A stretch of DNA of 64,000 nucleotides from Blastocladiella emersonii ATCC 22665 (taxonomy: Eukaryota > Fungi > Blastocladiomycota): positions 186,001 to 250,000 of the forward strand of contig JANHCV010000008.1 of NCBI GenBank assembly GCA_025594325.1, in the 5' to 3' direction. The notes below the pieces were generated by a model, which was not told the origin of the DNA, did no database searches, and saw only the letters and a list, made by a program, of their open reading frames with translations. Shown here piece by piece: positions 8,031-20,271 of this stretch (position 1 is the stretch's first letter; every line of letters begins with the position of its first letter). The position numbers were made by a program, and so were the translations under genes.

Positions 8031-9481
8031 ATGAGCCCAAAGAAAATGGATCCCGCAACACGACGCGTATCAGCCACGTGCGGACACCTGGTGAGCGGAT
8101 GTACCTGCGCCTTGCGCATGAGGGGCTCGAAGTGAAGGCAGTACGCACACGGCTTGGCGATTGCGCGAACAGATTTCGAATCACCGGCGGCAAGAGCGCC
8201 AATCAGCGCGGGGCTTGGGCTCTGTAGCGGATGGGCCGAGCTCAAAACCTCTTTCGACCTCGTGGACGTTTTGATGGGCGGCAACGGTGAGCGCGAACGC
8301 TCGCGCGTTTGAGTCCTCGTTGTATTTGAATGCGAGCGTGACGGCGAGCGCGAGCGAGAGAGAGAGAGAGTCCGAACTAAATGGTCTCCATGCGACCTCA
8401 GCTGTGGCCGTGACTGGCGATTCTCGACTGCAAGGCGCGACGCGAATGGCTTGGTTGGACCTGCTGCAAGCGCCACGATCAGGCGAGAGAAGGTCAAAGG
8501 CCGCATTGGTTCTGGGATAGTGGAGTTCGGTGCGCCAGTATTAATCGGTTTGGGAAAGATTGCCGGACCTATCTGAGCTGTGAGATCGCGAATCGAGAGC
8601 CCCTCGCTTTTGGCAAGTGCGGCGAGCCTTGGATCTCTCGCCTCTGGCAAAATCGCCATTTTCGCGAGGAACAATGGCTTGACGTGCGAAGCGTTTACGA
8701 GAGCCGAGATATTCTTCGAAGTCCGAAGGATTGACCACACCTGCTACTGGAAGACGTCAACTGTCGTTCCTGGCACTGGCACGGCGTCGATCCAGTCTTG
8801 GACCCATTTCGGCCGCCGAGCAGGGTCCAAAGCAAGCAGAAAATCGGCCGCTGCGTCATAATCTGATTGGTGTCGAGCGACGAGGACCGCATAAGCAAGA
8901 AAGTCCGCCTCAGATACGTTGCACTTTGAGAGAATAAGCGCACGGGCGAGGTGGCCGGGCGGGAAGAGTGTTTGGAGACAGTTGAGGAAGTCGCGCGGGT
9001 TATCAGTCGACCACCGTCCAGATGAGCTAGGAATCCGAAGTAGCGGGCCGCGGGTGCGCAGCAACTCGGCGAGCGAAAGGTGTCGGTCGTCTGGGCACCG
9101 CTTTGGTGGCGACGCTGAGGGTCGAGTCGGACTGCCAACGGCCGAGCCCCGGCTGAATCCGGTCGCGAGTTCGGACAGTGGAGCGGTGAGATTGGTTTCC
9201 AATGTTTGGCAGAGCCGTTGCAGTTCATTAAGGACGCCCAGGTCTTCCCGGTTCGAGCGCGCAAATTCGCGTGTGGGCGCAGGCTCAAGTCGTTCGGCCA
9301 GCACAGTGCGGACGAGACGCATGCGGATCTCCATCATGCGAAACGTGGCACCCTGCAAGAGTAGCGAGCGAGCTTGACGCGAAACGGGGAGCGCTCGAGA
9401 CCCAGTAAAGTAGTTGTCCACCGCGGCAGCGGCGCGGGATAGTTTGGAGCAAGGCTCTTTGAGTTCATTGCATACAGTCAT
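8031..9481 (-). pseudogene. Gag-like/RS/CCHC family copy A; in-frame TAG and 3' truncation by the element
   Basis: ORFs 9481-8744 and 8740-7997 share a frame (TAG 8746-8744). MTVCNE start, RGPLLRIP...STDNPRDFL, CAYC-x12-H-x4-C, cut right after SIFFGLI. Confidence 0.75.
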
Positions 9482-9593
9482 TGCAGTTAAATGCGTTTTT
9501 TCATTGTAAGGGAGGCAGGCGAAGATCGAGCGACCGCGTGCGCTTCAAACCGCGGTGGCGTCACGCATCCCTCCGTTCCCGCGACGGGGTTGA

Positions 9594-9617
9594 TCACATG
9601 ATAATACGACGCGTCTC
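9594..9617 (-). promoter_or_regulatory. Family upstream motif (copy A)
   Basis: Minus strand GAGACGCGT-CGTATTA-TCATGTGA, 113 bp before the ATG. Confidence 0.65.
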
Positions 9618-9756
9618 ACACGGGGCCGATGGTTGCTATCGAAGCGTGTCAGTTTGACAGGAAAGACGCGACTTTCATGCGCGCCGCGTCACCAGTTTCG
9701 GGATAAGTTTAGGGCGCGGGTTCCTGCAGGCCACCCCGCTCCCGCCGACCACAACA

Positions 9757-11265
9757 ATGCAACGCCTCGGCGCCATGAAATCACCATGCACTCCATGCAA
9801 CGAATCGCTCATGCTATTTCCACTACAGCCCAGCGAATGTGACGCGCTTGTCACGAGGCTCTGCTCGCCGCACGATCTCCCAGCCGACGACGCGGAGCTC
9901 TAGCGGCTGCTGCAGTCCGTGATTCTCCACACGATGAACCTCCGGACCCAGACCATTCGCATCGCGCTTGAACTCCGTTTCTACAGTGAACCGCACGAAA
10001 AGGTGCGGCCACTGCAGCGCAAGGCGGCTGACGTGGCGGCCACGATTGACGAGCTCGAGCAACTGCGCGCTTCCATCAAGCGGCGTCGCGAGGCTTTGCA
10101 TCAAAACGAGCCTCAAAAGGACATTTCTCTGCCACCAAAACCACAATCCCGCGCACCATCTCCTGCTCGGGAAGCGAGCGAGCGAGCCGCGCGCCGTCCG
10201 AGACGGTACCCGCCACTGGATCCCGGCGCGCACCGCGACTCGTACCAGACGGGCCGGTTCCACTATATCCGCGAGCACGCGCCACTGTTCGGGATCCGCG
10301 GCCCGAGACGGATGCGCGTCGCCGAGACCGCCGCCGAATTCGTCGATCTGCTCCGCGACCTGGTGCCCGAGATCCCGCTCGTCCAGGCGCTGTACCTGTC
10401 ACGCTTCAACGTTCCGAAACCCATGTTCCACGTCTTTGCCATCTTTGCGCGCGAGACCATCTCCGACGCCGAGGCGCGGCGCGTGTTCTTGAACGCGGCC
10501 GACCCGGACTGGAACCGCGCGTGGGTTGACCGGCTCCACGCGCTCGCGCCGCGGCCGGGCAGCACCGTGGGCAAGTTCTTTGCCGAGTTCCGCGCGCTGC
10601 TCGACGAGGTGATCGACATGGACGACCCGTGGGTGTCGAGCGAGCGGCCGATCAAGCACGTGTTCGCCAACAAGCTGTATGAGCCGCTCGGGCGGACCTC
10701 GGACCCGATTTTCGCTCGGGCAAGCGACGCGTCCATGACGGTTGCGGACGTGGCCGCCGAGTTTGCTTCGCTCGCGATCCCAGACCCCGCCAGCGCGCCG
10801 CCGGCGCTGCCTACGCCCGACACGGCGCTGGTCGCGCACCGCGACGAGGACTCGCGTAAATACTGCTGTCTCTTCTGCAACTCGATGAAACGCGAGAGGC
10901 ACGGCGCGGTGACGCACGAGACGCGGAACTGCCGCAAGCTGCAGCGCGTGCCGGTCGTTGCGGTGCTGCTTGCAGAAGCCGTTCACTTGGCCAGGCTTAC
11001 AGTCCCGATCGAGCTGTGGCGCGGGGACATCTCGTCTGCCCGCAGTTTGATCGAGGCCATGCAGAATGTGCGCAGGGAGGTGCAGGACTTTGGGCGCCGC
11101 GTAGCTGACAAGAAGGACCGGTCCAACCTCGAGTACTGCTACGAGCTGCTCAAGGGCCTCCTCGCGCTGCCGTTCGACCGCGAAGCGTGGGCGCTCAAGG
11201 CGGTGCAGGACATTTGGCGCGAAGCGCACTCGATCTCAATGAAGCGCGGATGGCGACTCTGGTAA
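9757..11265 (+). pseudogene. Family copy B (divergent, no RS tract), one in-frame TAG
   Basis: The frame extends upstream of 9919 through TAG 9901-9903 to TPCNE and ATG 9757. LAPRPGSTVGKFFAEF, IKHVFANKL and CLFC-x12-H-x4-C are present. Confidence 0.7.
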
Positions 11266-11333
11266 AATTATATGACACGGTGTAATAGCTTTTTTGATCC
11301 GTTAGCTTGGACTACATCGCCAGCGCGTGAGAC

Positions 11334-11357
11334 GAGACGTGTTCCAATATCACATGA
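11334..11357 (+). promoter_or_regulatory. Orphan copy of the family upstream motif
   Basis: GAGACGTGT-TCCAATA-TCACATGA; no family ORF follows. Confidence 0.5.
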
Positions 11358-11467
11358 GAAAAGCGTGATGACACTCGCGGCTTCACAAACTAATCTATTG
11401 AGGCGGTTGAAGCGGCTTCATGTTCCCGCTCCATCCAAAACATCTACATCCACGTTACCACTCGCCG

Positions 11468-13256
11468 TCACAGCGACGCCTGGACCTCGGCAGCCCAGTC
11501 GCGGAACTCGGGGTAGTTGCACTCGCGCGATCGCTGCACGAGAACGCGCCGAACCTCCGGGTCAGCGAGCACGGGACCGCTCCACATGGCGCGGAGCAGT
11601 GCGACGCGACCTTCGGCACGGTAGCCGCGGATGTACTCCTTGGCGCACTCGATCGACATGACCCACGGCTTGCCGCGCAGCGTCGTCACCTTGTTTGCGA
11701 ACTCGGCGATCATCGCCGCGTCGCCTGCGGCCACCGCCTCGAAGACGTAGTCCATGAGTAGCATGTGCCCGTTGAAGCCGTACCGGTGCGCGTCGCGCGG
11801 CTGGCCTTCCATATCGTAGTCGGACGCGGGCGTGACCACGTCCATGAGCCGGTGAATCTGGTCGACGGTCGCGTCGCAAAGAATCGTGCGCCATGTATCC
11901 AACACAACCCAACGAAGCGGTGGGTCCCAGCCATACTGCACGCGAGCCATGAACATCGTGTTGACATAGTGGGTGTGCCATTCGGTCGTCGAGTTTGGTG
12001 CAGTGCGCCAGATCCATTTCTGAGAGCCAGGTACTTGGTAGCCGTGCGTGATGTAGCACCAGGGAAGATGCTGCAGCGCGTAGAGGGCCAAGTCCGGGTC
12101 ATAGATTTGGCCAACTGCGCCGTGGAAAACCTTCATCGCGGCGTCTGAGGACTGCCCAGCGAAGCTCGCGGATCACTAGTTTAAGTGAAGCGACCGAATC
12201 GACGGGGCCTTCGTCGTGCGTAGGGTATGAAAGCGTCTTGGCCAGCTTGTGGCCAGTTTGAGTTAGATTCAGCAAGCGAATCGTCGTGTCCAGCCGCTGA
12301 CGTAGCTCAGTCGCTGCGCCCTGACCTTCACGAAGTAGTAAAGCTTCCACACGAGCACGAACCTGCTCCACGCCGCCGTCGGTGATGACAAAGCAACTAG
12401 GATCGAAGCGACGCTGGAAACTCTCGTGCGCCTGCGCAAGGACCACCAAATCCTTGACGACGCACGTACGCGGAGTGTTGATCCGGCCGAAAGATTCGTC
12501 AATAAGTCCGTTGAGAACGTCCACCAACTCGTTCGGCGACCACGAACCGCTGCTTGCAACGCGCAAGATGAATTTGAGACAAAAGTACCGACCGAAACTT
12601 AGAAGCCCGCGCAGCGCGATGCGTCAGAACCGATCAGCAAGAAGTGACTTTGCACACTGTAAAAGCATCGCTTGGTACTGGCTACGTTGGTGCGGGCCGC
12701 CGTAGACGTTGAGATTGGTGGACCGTTCAGCGAGGAGCGAGTCTAGTGTTGACTCGGTATTTGTTGATGCCATGAGGCCCGACGGCAGTTTCCATTCAAT
12801 CAAGGCGTGAAAGGCGTAAGGAGCACGCAGCTGGATCGCCAAGAGGATAAGGTCGTCGTGCTGGGCTTTGGTGAGCGGCCAGGAACTGTTTGCCCAGCTG
12901 TGCAGGGTGGTCCAGCGACGATCGGATTCGCCCAAGTTGAGCCGGACAAGGGCGCGAGCAAAGCAAAAGAACATGTGCGAGCGATCAGCTTGTTGTTTGG
13001 CAAGGACCACAGGATCGGCGCACTCCAACGAGTAGCGTGGAGCAAGCTCTGTGAACTCGGAGAATCGACCATAAGCAAGAGAGAAAGTGGCGCGCAGCCA
13101 CGGTCGAACGGCCCACAGCGCTGGAGCGGCACAAACTGAGCGGCAGGTCGCGCGGAGGGCGAGGGCGCTCGCGACGTCCAGACGTTGCGCGATGGTAAGC
13201 TGAAGCTCTTGCGGCAAGTGTACGAGCTGGAGAGTTTGATTCATGGCGGGTATCAT
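11468..13256 (-). pseudogene. F-box protein, disrupted
   Basis: LVHLPQELQLTIAQRLDVASALALRATCRSV F-box motif. In-frame TGA 12626-12624 joins ORF 12566-12099; frame change near 12140 into ORF 12136-11468. Confidence 0.65.
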
Positions 13257-13420
13257 TGCATTGCGAGTCGTGTTGCAGGAGCGGCAGCCAGAGTGTGGCC
13301 GCGATCAAGGTTACTGTTCTCGCGCGACCAACTGCACGTGTGGCGCCGAGTTTTCTGCTTCACGTCAGACCGCTCATGTAGGCCATGTCTAGTTCGCAAG
13401 CAATGAGGTGTATTTCAGGG

Positions 13421-14181
13421 CTACTCGCCGTTGTAGAAGGTAGACTTGAGCGAGTCGTACACGTATTCGCGAAGGGACTCGCGGGTCCAGGTCACTCCAT
13501 CAAGGACGTAAGGGAACTCGCCGCGGATCGTCCAGTTCTTGTCCACAACAAAGTCGGTGCAGTCACGGTGCGCGGCGGCTTTGAGATGAGCTTCAAGTGC
13601 GCGTGGGTCGGCGTGACCGCGCTTCGCCGCCCAAGGCTCACACAAATCTTGTGTCATTGCCTGATGAAGTTTGGTCGAGAGTGAGCGGGATCGCCAACGC
13701 GAGGATCTCCAGAGAACGCACCGAGGTGTTGCGGTACCGCTTAGGCCTCGCCTCGTTCGCGTCCGTAGTGGCGTGGGTGCCGCTGCTTGCGCTCAAGCCG
13801 TCAGCAGCTGACGTGGGCTGCGCAAGCGCGGGCGTGGTCACGGTGCCCGGGGCAAAGCACTCCAACGCAAGCACTCGGTCGAAGTAGGCAAGACGCGGGC
13901 CGTCGCGGTCGAGCGTTCGCTTGAGCCGCTCGTTCTCCTGCTGCACCGCGTCGTTGGTCTGCTCCAGGGCGGCATACTCGGCACTAACCGCATTAAGCTC
14001 GCGAAGGAGACCGTCGCGTTGTGCAGCAAGTCGGTCCCGATCACTTCGGAGGACCTTGTTCTCAGCCACAAGGCGGGCGGGCAATGTAGTCGGCGCAATC
14101 GACGGTCACGAGCTGGCCATCGAGCTCCACCTGGACAAAGTGGCCCTGCTGAGGATTCAGTTGCATGGAGTGTGTATTCAT
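13421..14181 (-). pseudogene. Hypothetical coiled-coil protein in three frames
   Basis: MNTHSMQLNP...ADY / ARLVAENKVLRSDRDRL...ENERLK / MTQDLCEPW segments overlap end to end, implying two frameshifts. Confidence 0.4.
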
Positions 14182-14476
14182 GGTTCGGTCAGGCTCAGGA
14201 GCGTGGGCGTGGATGAGGGAGGGGAAGGGAGAGACGGCAGCAAGGGAACTGACGCAACTGTCTCGCACCCCACATCACCTGATAACAGAACGCGTCGTTC
14301 TCAGCACTGATGATCTCAGAAGTCGAGAAGCAACATCCCGGAGAGCGCAGCGTACGCGCATCTACTTTTGCGCGGATCGGAATCCGTCCGGGTATCATAC
14401 GAGGTTCAGGTTTCGCGAAGGGCAACGAAGCGGTTCATCAATCACAAGTAGAGTATCGCCGCGAGAAATTGCCGTG

Positions 14477-14943
14477 TCACCCCGCCCTCTGGCCGCTCGA
14501 GGTATCCTCGCCACGACCGGTTCTCGCCGCCTACACGTTCGCCGCCCGCGTCAGCCCACCGACCCACCCCTCCACCCCGCCCTCCCTGACCCCCGCACCT
14601 CCTGCTCCACTCCCACTCGCGCCCTATAATCCTCCATCTCTTGCTCATACCGCTCCCGCTCACCCCGCGCCGCCTCGAAGTACGGCGCGCGCTGCTCGTC
14701 CGACATACCGCGCCACCGCGTCCCGCACACGCTCGCGATCGCGGCGAGACTCGAGGTCGGGTCGGCGGCCATGACCTCGGCGCGGATCTCGATGGCGAAC
14801 AGGATGAAGGGGCTGCGCGGGAGGCGGGGTTTCGGGATCGCGGGGGAGTCGGGCGAGGCGGGAGCGGGTGAGGGTGAGCGCGAGAGCGCGGTGCTCTCGG
14901 GCGGCGCGGCGGGTTGCGAGGAGTCCAGTGCATTCGAATCCAT
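14477..14943 (-). CDS. Single HMG-box protein (HMGB/NHP6-like), join(14943-14599,14530-14477)
   Basis: PRLPRSPFILFAIEIRAEV...RWRGMSDEQRAPYFEAARGERERYEQEM. Predicted 68 nt intron GTGCGG...GCTGAC...TAG. Confidence 0.8.
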
Positions 14944-15272
14944 TACTTGCTCCGCTGAGTCGTTCGGCGAGAGTGAGGGAGCGGCCAGCGAGCTGTGCGA
15001 CTCGCCCCTCGTTTCGGCGCCCACCGCACATCAGCTGACGGCCGCGGTGTGGCGCGGCGCGTCTCCTCTTCCCTCCCGCTCACCTTCCCCTCTCGTTCCC
15101 GTGCAGTCAGTCCGAACAGTCACGCAAAAGTGTGAAATGTGTTATTTTGAGGTGAGTGATTAGTGAAGCTACGACGGACCGATATACCTTGCCCCGCCCG
15201 CCGAGCTTGGCGGAGCCCACACATGCGACTGCAGCCCGGTCCGATAGCCACAGCCGCGCACCAAACCCGCCA

Positions 15273-17837
15273 CTACGCGGCGGCGGGTGCGAGCGTCTCG
15301 TCCTCGCCGTCGTCATCCGCGTCCGCGGCCCCGCCGTCAGCGCGCGGCCCGCCCCAGGTCCGCTCGTTCATGGTCCACGCCGTGTAGCAGTAGTAGAGCA
15401 TCTCGAGGATCTGGTTGGTGACGAGGAAGGCGAAGAAGAAGACGAGCGACTTGGCGCGGCGCTGCCACAGCGACCAGATGGCGAGGAGGACGAAGAACAT
15501 GGCCGGCACGCCAATCAGGAGGATAATGTCGACCGCGTTCGTCTCGTCCGGCGCTTCCACCAGAGTGATGAGGAGCGAAACGTAGAGGTAGTAAAAACAG
15601 GTTCCTCCGAGACGCAGCATCGAGGTGATCCGCAGGGCGATGAGCGCTGGGTACTTGGTGAGGAAGCTCGGCGTCGTGATCATGTACATTTCGTTCGTGA
15701 GAGACCCGAGCAGCCACCGGCGGCGCTGGCGGAGCAGGTCGTAGAAGATGTTGGGCGCCTCGGTCTTGGACACGGCATCGGGCACGAACCCGATCGAGTA
15801 CGCGGGCAGGTACTCCATGGCGAGGTGCGTCAGGAACCGGTCCTCGCCGAGCTTGCGGCGGCAGAACTCGAAGGTCGAGTCGACGTCGGGCTGGTGGAAG
15901 TAGATCTTGGCCAGCTCGTGCATCGTCTCGTACTTGATCATGGTCAGCGCGCCGGGGAGACACGTCACGCTGCCGAAGGTCGCCTCGACGTACCGCATCG
16001 AGACCTGCATGAAAATATACTCGGCCTGGAGGGGGACGAGCAAAGGGGGTGCGTGAGTTGGACGTTGGGGTGCGAGAGCGGGGGTGGTGGTGCGAGCGTC
16101 GTGCGACGACATCGCGTCACGAATAGCCGCAGCTCGGCGAGCGAGGCGAGAGCGAGCGGAATCGAGGGCGAGGAGCGTCGAGGGCGAGGAGCGTCGAGAC
16201 GACGAGCAGGAGCGAAACGACCGAGGCCCGCGAAACCGAGGGAGAAACCGAGTCAACGTACATCCTGCATCTGCTGAAGAAAGCTGTTCTGGTGCCCGTT
16301 GCGCGACACGATGAACCCGGTCGCACACGCGCTGGTCGGATGGATCTCGAAGTGGTCGACAAACTTGCGGATCGTGGACGAGACCAGCGTCGTGTCGCTG
16401 TCGACGAACAGGAGCAGCGCGTTGCGCGGGTACACGCCCGCATTCACGCGCTCCTCGACGAGGGCAAACATCTTGGCCTGGGTGTGCAGCTTGCCGCCGT
16501 GCTCGTAGCGGGCGATCGTGTAGTTGATGTTGCAGTACCGGATCTCGATGGCGCGCGGGTCCTCATCCACAGGTTCGACGCCGACGACGCTGCTCCGGTT
16601 GCTGCTGCCGCCGTATGTGCTGGGCGAGCCGAACGAGCGCGCCGACGACGGCGTGCGCGGCGGCGGCGGGGCGAGCGAGGTCATGGACACGGGGCTGGAT
16701 GTAGCGGCGAGCCCCGCGTTGTACTGCGACCGCAGGTCCGTCGACGAGCGAGTCTGGTGGGCGATCTTGAGCAGCCCGTTGTACTTGTTGCGGCTCTTGA
16801 ACTTTGGCAGCGTGTCGTACGCCGGCGGCGCCGCGTCACCCACGTCGACGCCGAGGCCGAGGTCCGACTCGCTCGCGACCGACCACCGGTTGGTGCGCGC
16901 CGCGTCGCCGTTGGCGGTCGCGGGCGTCGGCGGCGCCGCGTCGTAGCCCTGGACCAGGTCGCCGTTGAGGATGCGCTCGATCGTGTACATGGTGGTGAGC
17001 GTCTTCTCCGAGTCGTCGTCAAAGCCGACGAGCACGTGAATCTTCTCGGGCGGGTAGTCGGATTCGGTGATGGCCGAGATGGTCGACAGCAGGTTCGACA
17101 TGGGCTCCTGGTACGTGGGCACGAGGATGACCACGTCGCGGTCCCAGTCATACGTGCGCGGCGGCTCGGCAGCCGCACCCGCCGCACCGGCGCCGCCGCC
17201 GTACCCGGCCTCGGCCGTAGCGATCGCGGCGGCGGGCGACCCGTGGATCCCGAGACGCGCGTCGATCTCGGCCTTGCGCTGGTTGAGGTTGCGCATCTTG
17301 AACCGGTCGCGGACAAACGACGCGAGCGTCGTCGTCGCGGCGACGACGGCGGTCAGGGCGTAGTTGAAGAAGATGGCGTAGTAGATGGCGCGCAGGAGGG
17401 GAGGGGATCGGGTCCCAGTCGGTGCGCATCCACGCGGGGGCCGACTTCTTGTGCATCATGACGAGGACAAAGGTGAAGAGGACGAACAGGATGAATGCGC
17501 CGTAGAAGACGCCGACGACCACGGCCAGCGTGATGCGGCCGCGCCGCTCGTTGGTGTTGAAGGTCTGCACGGCGCCGACCTGGCCCTCGCGGCGCGCGAT
17601 CTGTGCGGACCCGATGAAGCCCCACTAGACGCGTGGACGGACGATCGCACGTGTGTGAACGGACGAAAGTGATCGGAGCGCACATGCAGGAGGAAGGTGC
17701 GAACGCACCAGGTTCATGCGCAGCTGGAGCAGGACGAACAGGGCGGTCGAGATGGTGACGACCGCGATCATGATCCCGAGCGCCGCGTCGAGCCACGGCG
17801 GCAGGCCCGTCGCGTCGTCGGTGGTAGTCGGTTGCAT
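15273..17837 (-). CDS. Chitin synthase-like GT2 enzyme; introns 17708-17625 and 16261-16026; apparent +1 frameshift near 17403
   Basis: GGK, FVDSDT, TCLPG, GEDRFLT and QRRRW motifs with transmembrane segments. Removing one C from a C4 run restores DPIPPLLRAIYY. Confidence 0.9.
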
Positions 17838-20152
17838 GGTGGTGGTGTGCGAGGAGTCGAGAACTGTGTCCGATCAGAGCCGGAAGCGGTCGCGGTCGCG
17901 GGCGCAGGTAGTAGTCGGTGCGTGTGCGTGTGCGCGCGTCGGTCGGTTGTTCGCCGCGGCAAGCGTGGGGAGAGAGGGAAAGCCGGGTGCGCGCGGGCAC
18001 GGGCTTTACGTATGGGGAGAGAGGGGAGGGGGCGAGGAAGCGCAGGCGGGCGGGACGCCGCGCACCGGGGCAAGGAAGGCGAAGCTAGAATCCGCGCTCG
18101 CGTGTTCCCGCCGAAACCCACGCCTGGGATCACGCCGACCGTTCGCGGCGGGCGGCCGGGATCGCAAACCTGTCCGCGCAAGCGAGGAGGAGCGCGGGCC
18201 GACCAATCGAAGCGAGCGCGCGCGCGGGGAAGCGGAAAGGTGAAACGGCGAGAGCAGGGACGCGCCGTTCAAATTTATGGTTGCGCATTCGGGGCAGCGC
18301 CCACACGCACCAATCGGAATGTCGGACCGCGTGTCCGCACGCCGCGGCGTATTTTTTCGCCCACTCTCCGCGCTCGCGCCCCGAAACTCGGCGGATAACT
18401 CTAACCCGCGCGCTCGGGCTGGACCGCACGAAACGTCCGCCCGCGCCTTCGCGGCGTCCAGGCACTCCCGGCGCGGTCGGGAGCGTGCTGCTACACGTGT
18501 TTCGATCGCGTATGCGTCACGCCCGATCATGCTGCGTCACCGCGCCGCCGCCTCCCGCTGATCCCGAGCCGCCCACGCGGACCCGACTCCAGCTATGTAT
18601 CCGGACGGCGTGCTTCCGTCCCGCTTCACGTCTCCCAGCGCTCGGCTGATGTCTCCCATCCGCTCGTTCGTTCGCTACCCCGCGTCGTCGTGAGCAACGC
18701 GTCGAGGGCTCAGACTTGCTGCTGCCGCGACAAGAGTTCGGGTTGCGATCGTCCACGCACCGCACGCACCGCACCGTGCAGGCTGATCGCTCACTTAAGG
18801 TTTTGATCCGGCCTAGCTGCGCCACCCACCCGTTCGCTCGGCCTCTATGCACCGCCACAGCTCTGAGGCAAACCTCACGCACCAGCCGTGATCAAACTCT
18901 CGCAGCGCTTCATGACCCCGCGACCGCAAGCCTCGGGCCGAATTCGTGGGCCATGCGTGAGAATCGGCCCGACCGCGTGATCGCTCCGCCTGAAACGCGT
19001 CGCGTCGCGCTTGAACTGGCACTCGCACGCGGTCGTATCGTGAGGGGACTGCAATCGAACGCAGCGAGCTACCCTTGAACCTGCGAGAACCGTTCGCGTG
19101 GCGGGTAGCGTACGGGAAGCTCGGCTGCGTCAGAGCCGACGCGCCAATCCCAGCCATGAATTGGCGGCCGTCTCTTCCGCGTGAACTGATGCCGCCGTTA
19201 CTCGCGTTGCATAATCGACGCGGGCGTGACGGCGCGCACGTAGGGCCGGACTTGCCAAGCGCTCGCATGCAACCTCATGAATCCCACTCCATGCATCGTT
19301 CATGGCGCGCGCATCGCAAGCAGTCCGCGCGCCGACCGGCGGCTGCGAGTGACTTGGTGCTGTCGCCCTCGCGCCGCGCCACTAGTTGGTGAGCGACTTT
19401 CTGTACGCTTTCAACCAGCGCTCAGGTACACCGGCAAGTCGCGCTGCCCGCCGAGGCCACAGCAGCCCCAAACCTCGTTGTTTCGCTCGTTGAAGAGTCC
19501 GCCGTGCGCGCTGCAAGCGCTGTCCAAAACCCCATCCGAGTGCGCTCTGCAGCGCCAGCGCCATAGAGGCACCTGCCCACGCACTTGGAGCCCTGCGAGG
19601 CCCAGCATAGGCTGCTGCAGCTGTCCGCGCGCGTTGACTTGAACACTTCAGCTCGATCATTCTGGCTTGCCGCCGCTGCCGTTCGACTCGAACCGAGCCG
19701 TCTTTGGTGCCATCATATTCGTAGCCGCTTACCACCGCCGTCTTCGTCTTCATGCGGTCACACATGAGGTATACGCTCGCTGGCTGATTCATCGGGCGCA
19801 GCCGTTGTTGACCCTGACCGCCGCCGCGTGTTGCTCGCGTCTAAAGGGGCTACTTGGCGCTCATCGCGCGCAATGAGGGCCAGAGTCGGCGCTGGACGCT
19901 GCCCGAACGCGGCGGCCGCGTAGAGCCGCTTGCACCGCAACCCTGTCGTGTACCCGCCGCCATAAGCAGCTATTTCGATCTCCGGCGTGCGTCGTCGTTC
20001 CCGCCGTCGCCGCGGCCTACCCTAATGTCATGTGCTCGCTTGCTGGGCGGGATTCCGCAGTGCGTCGCGACGAGTTGAGACTTTTGTTATGCCGCGCTTG
20101 CACGCAACGTATCTCATTTGCCGCAGGCGAATCCCGCGGGATGTTGAGGATC

Positions 20153-20174
20153 GACGCGTTCCGATATCATGTGA
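20153..20174 (+). promoter_or_regulatory. Family upstream motif (copy C)
   Basis: GACGCGT-TCCGATA-TCATGTGA, 98 bp before ATG 20272. Confidence 0.65.
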
Positions 20175-20271
20175 GCAGGGAGGCAAGTGTGGCGTGCAGC
20201 TCGCGCAGCAATCGCTCGGGTCGCTGAGCGCCGGGTCGTCGCAAATCCTCCCCGCCCTCAACCCTGTTGCA

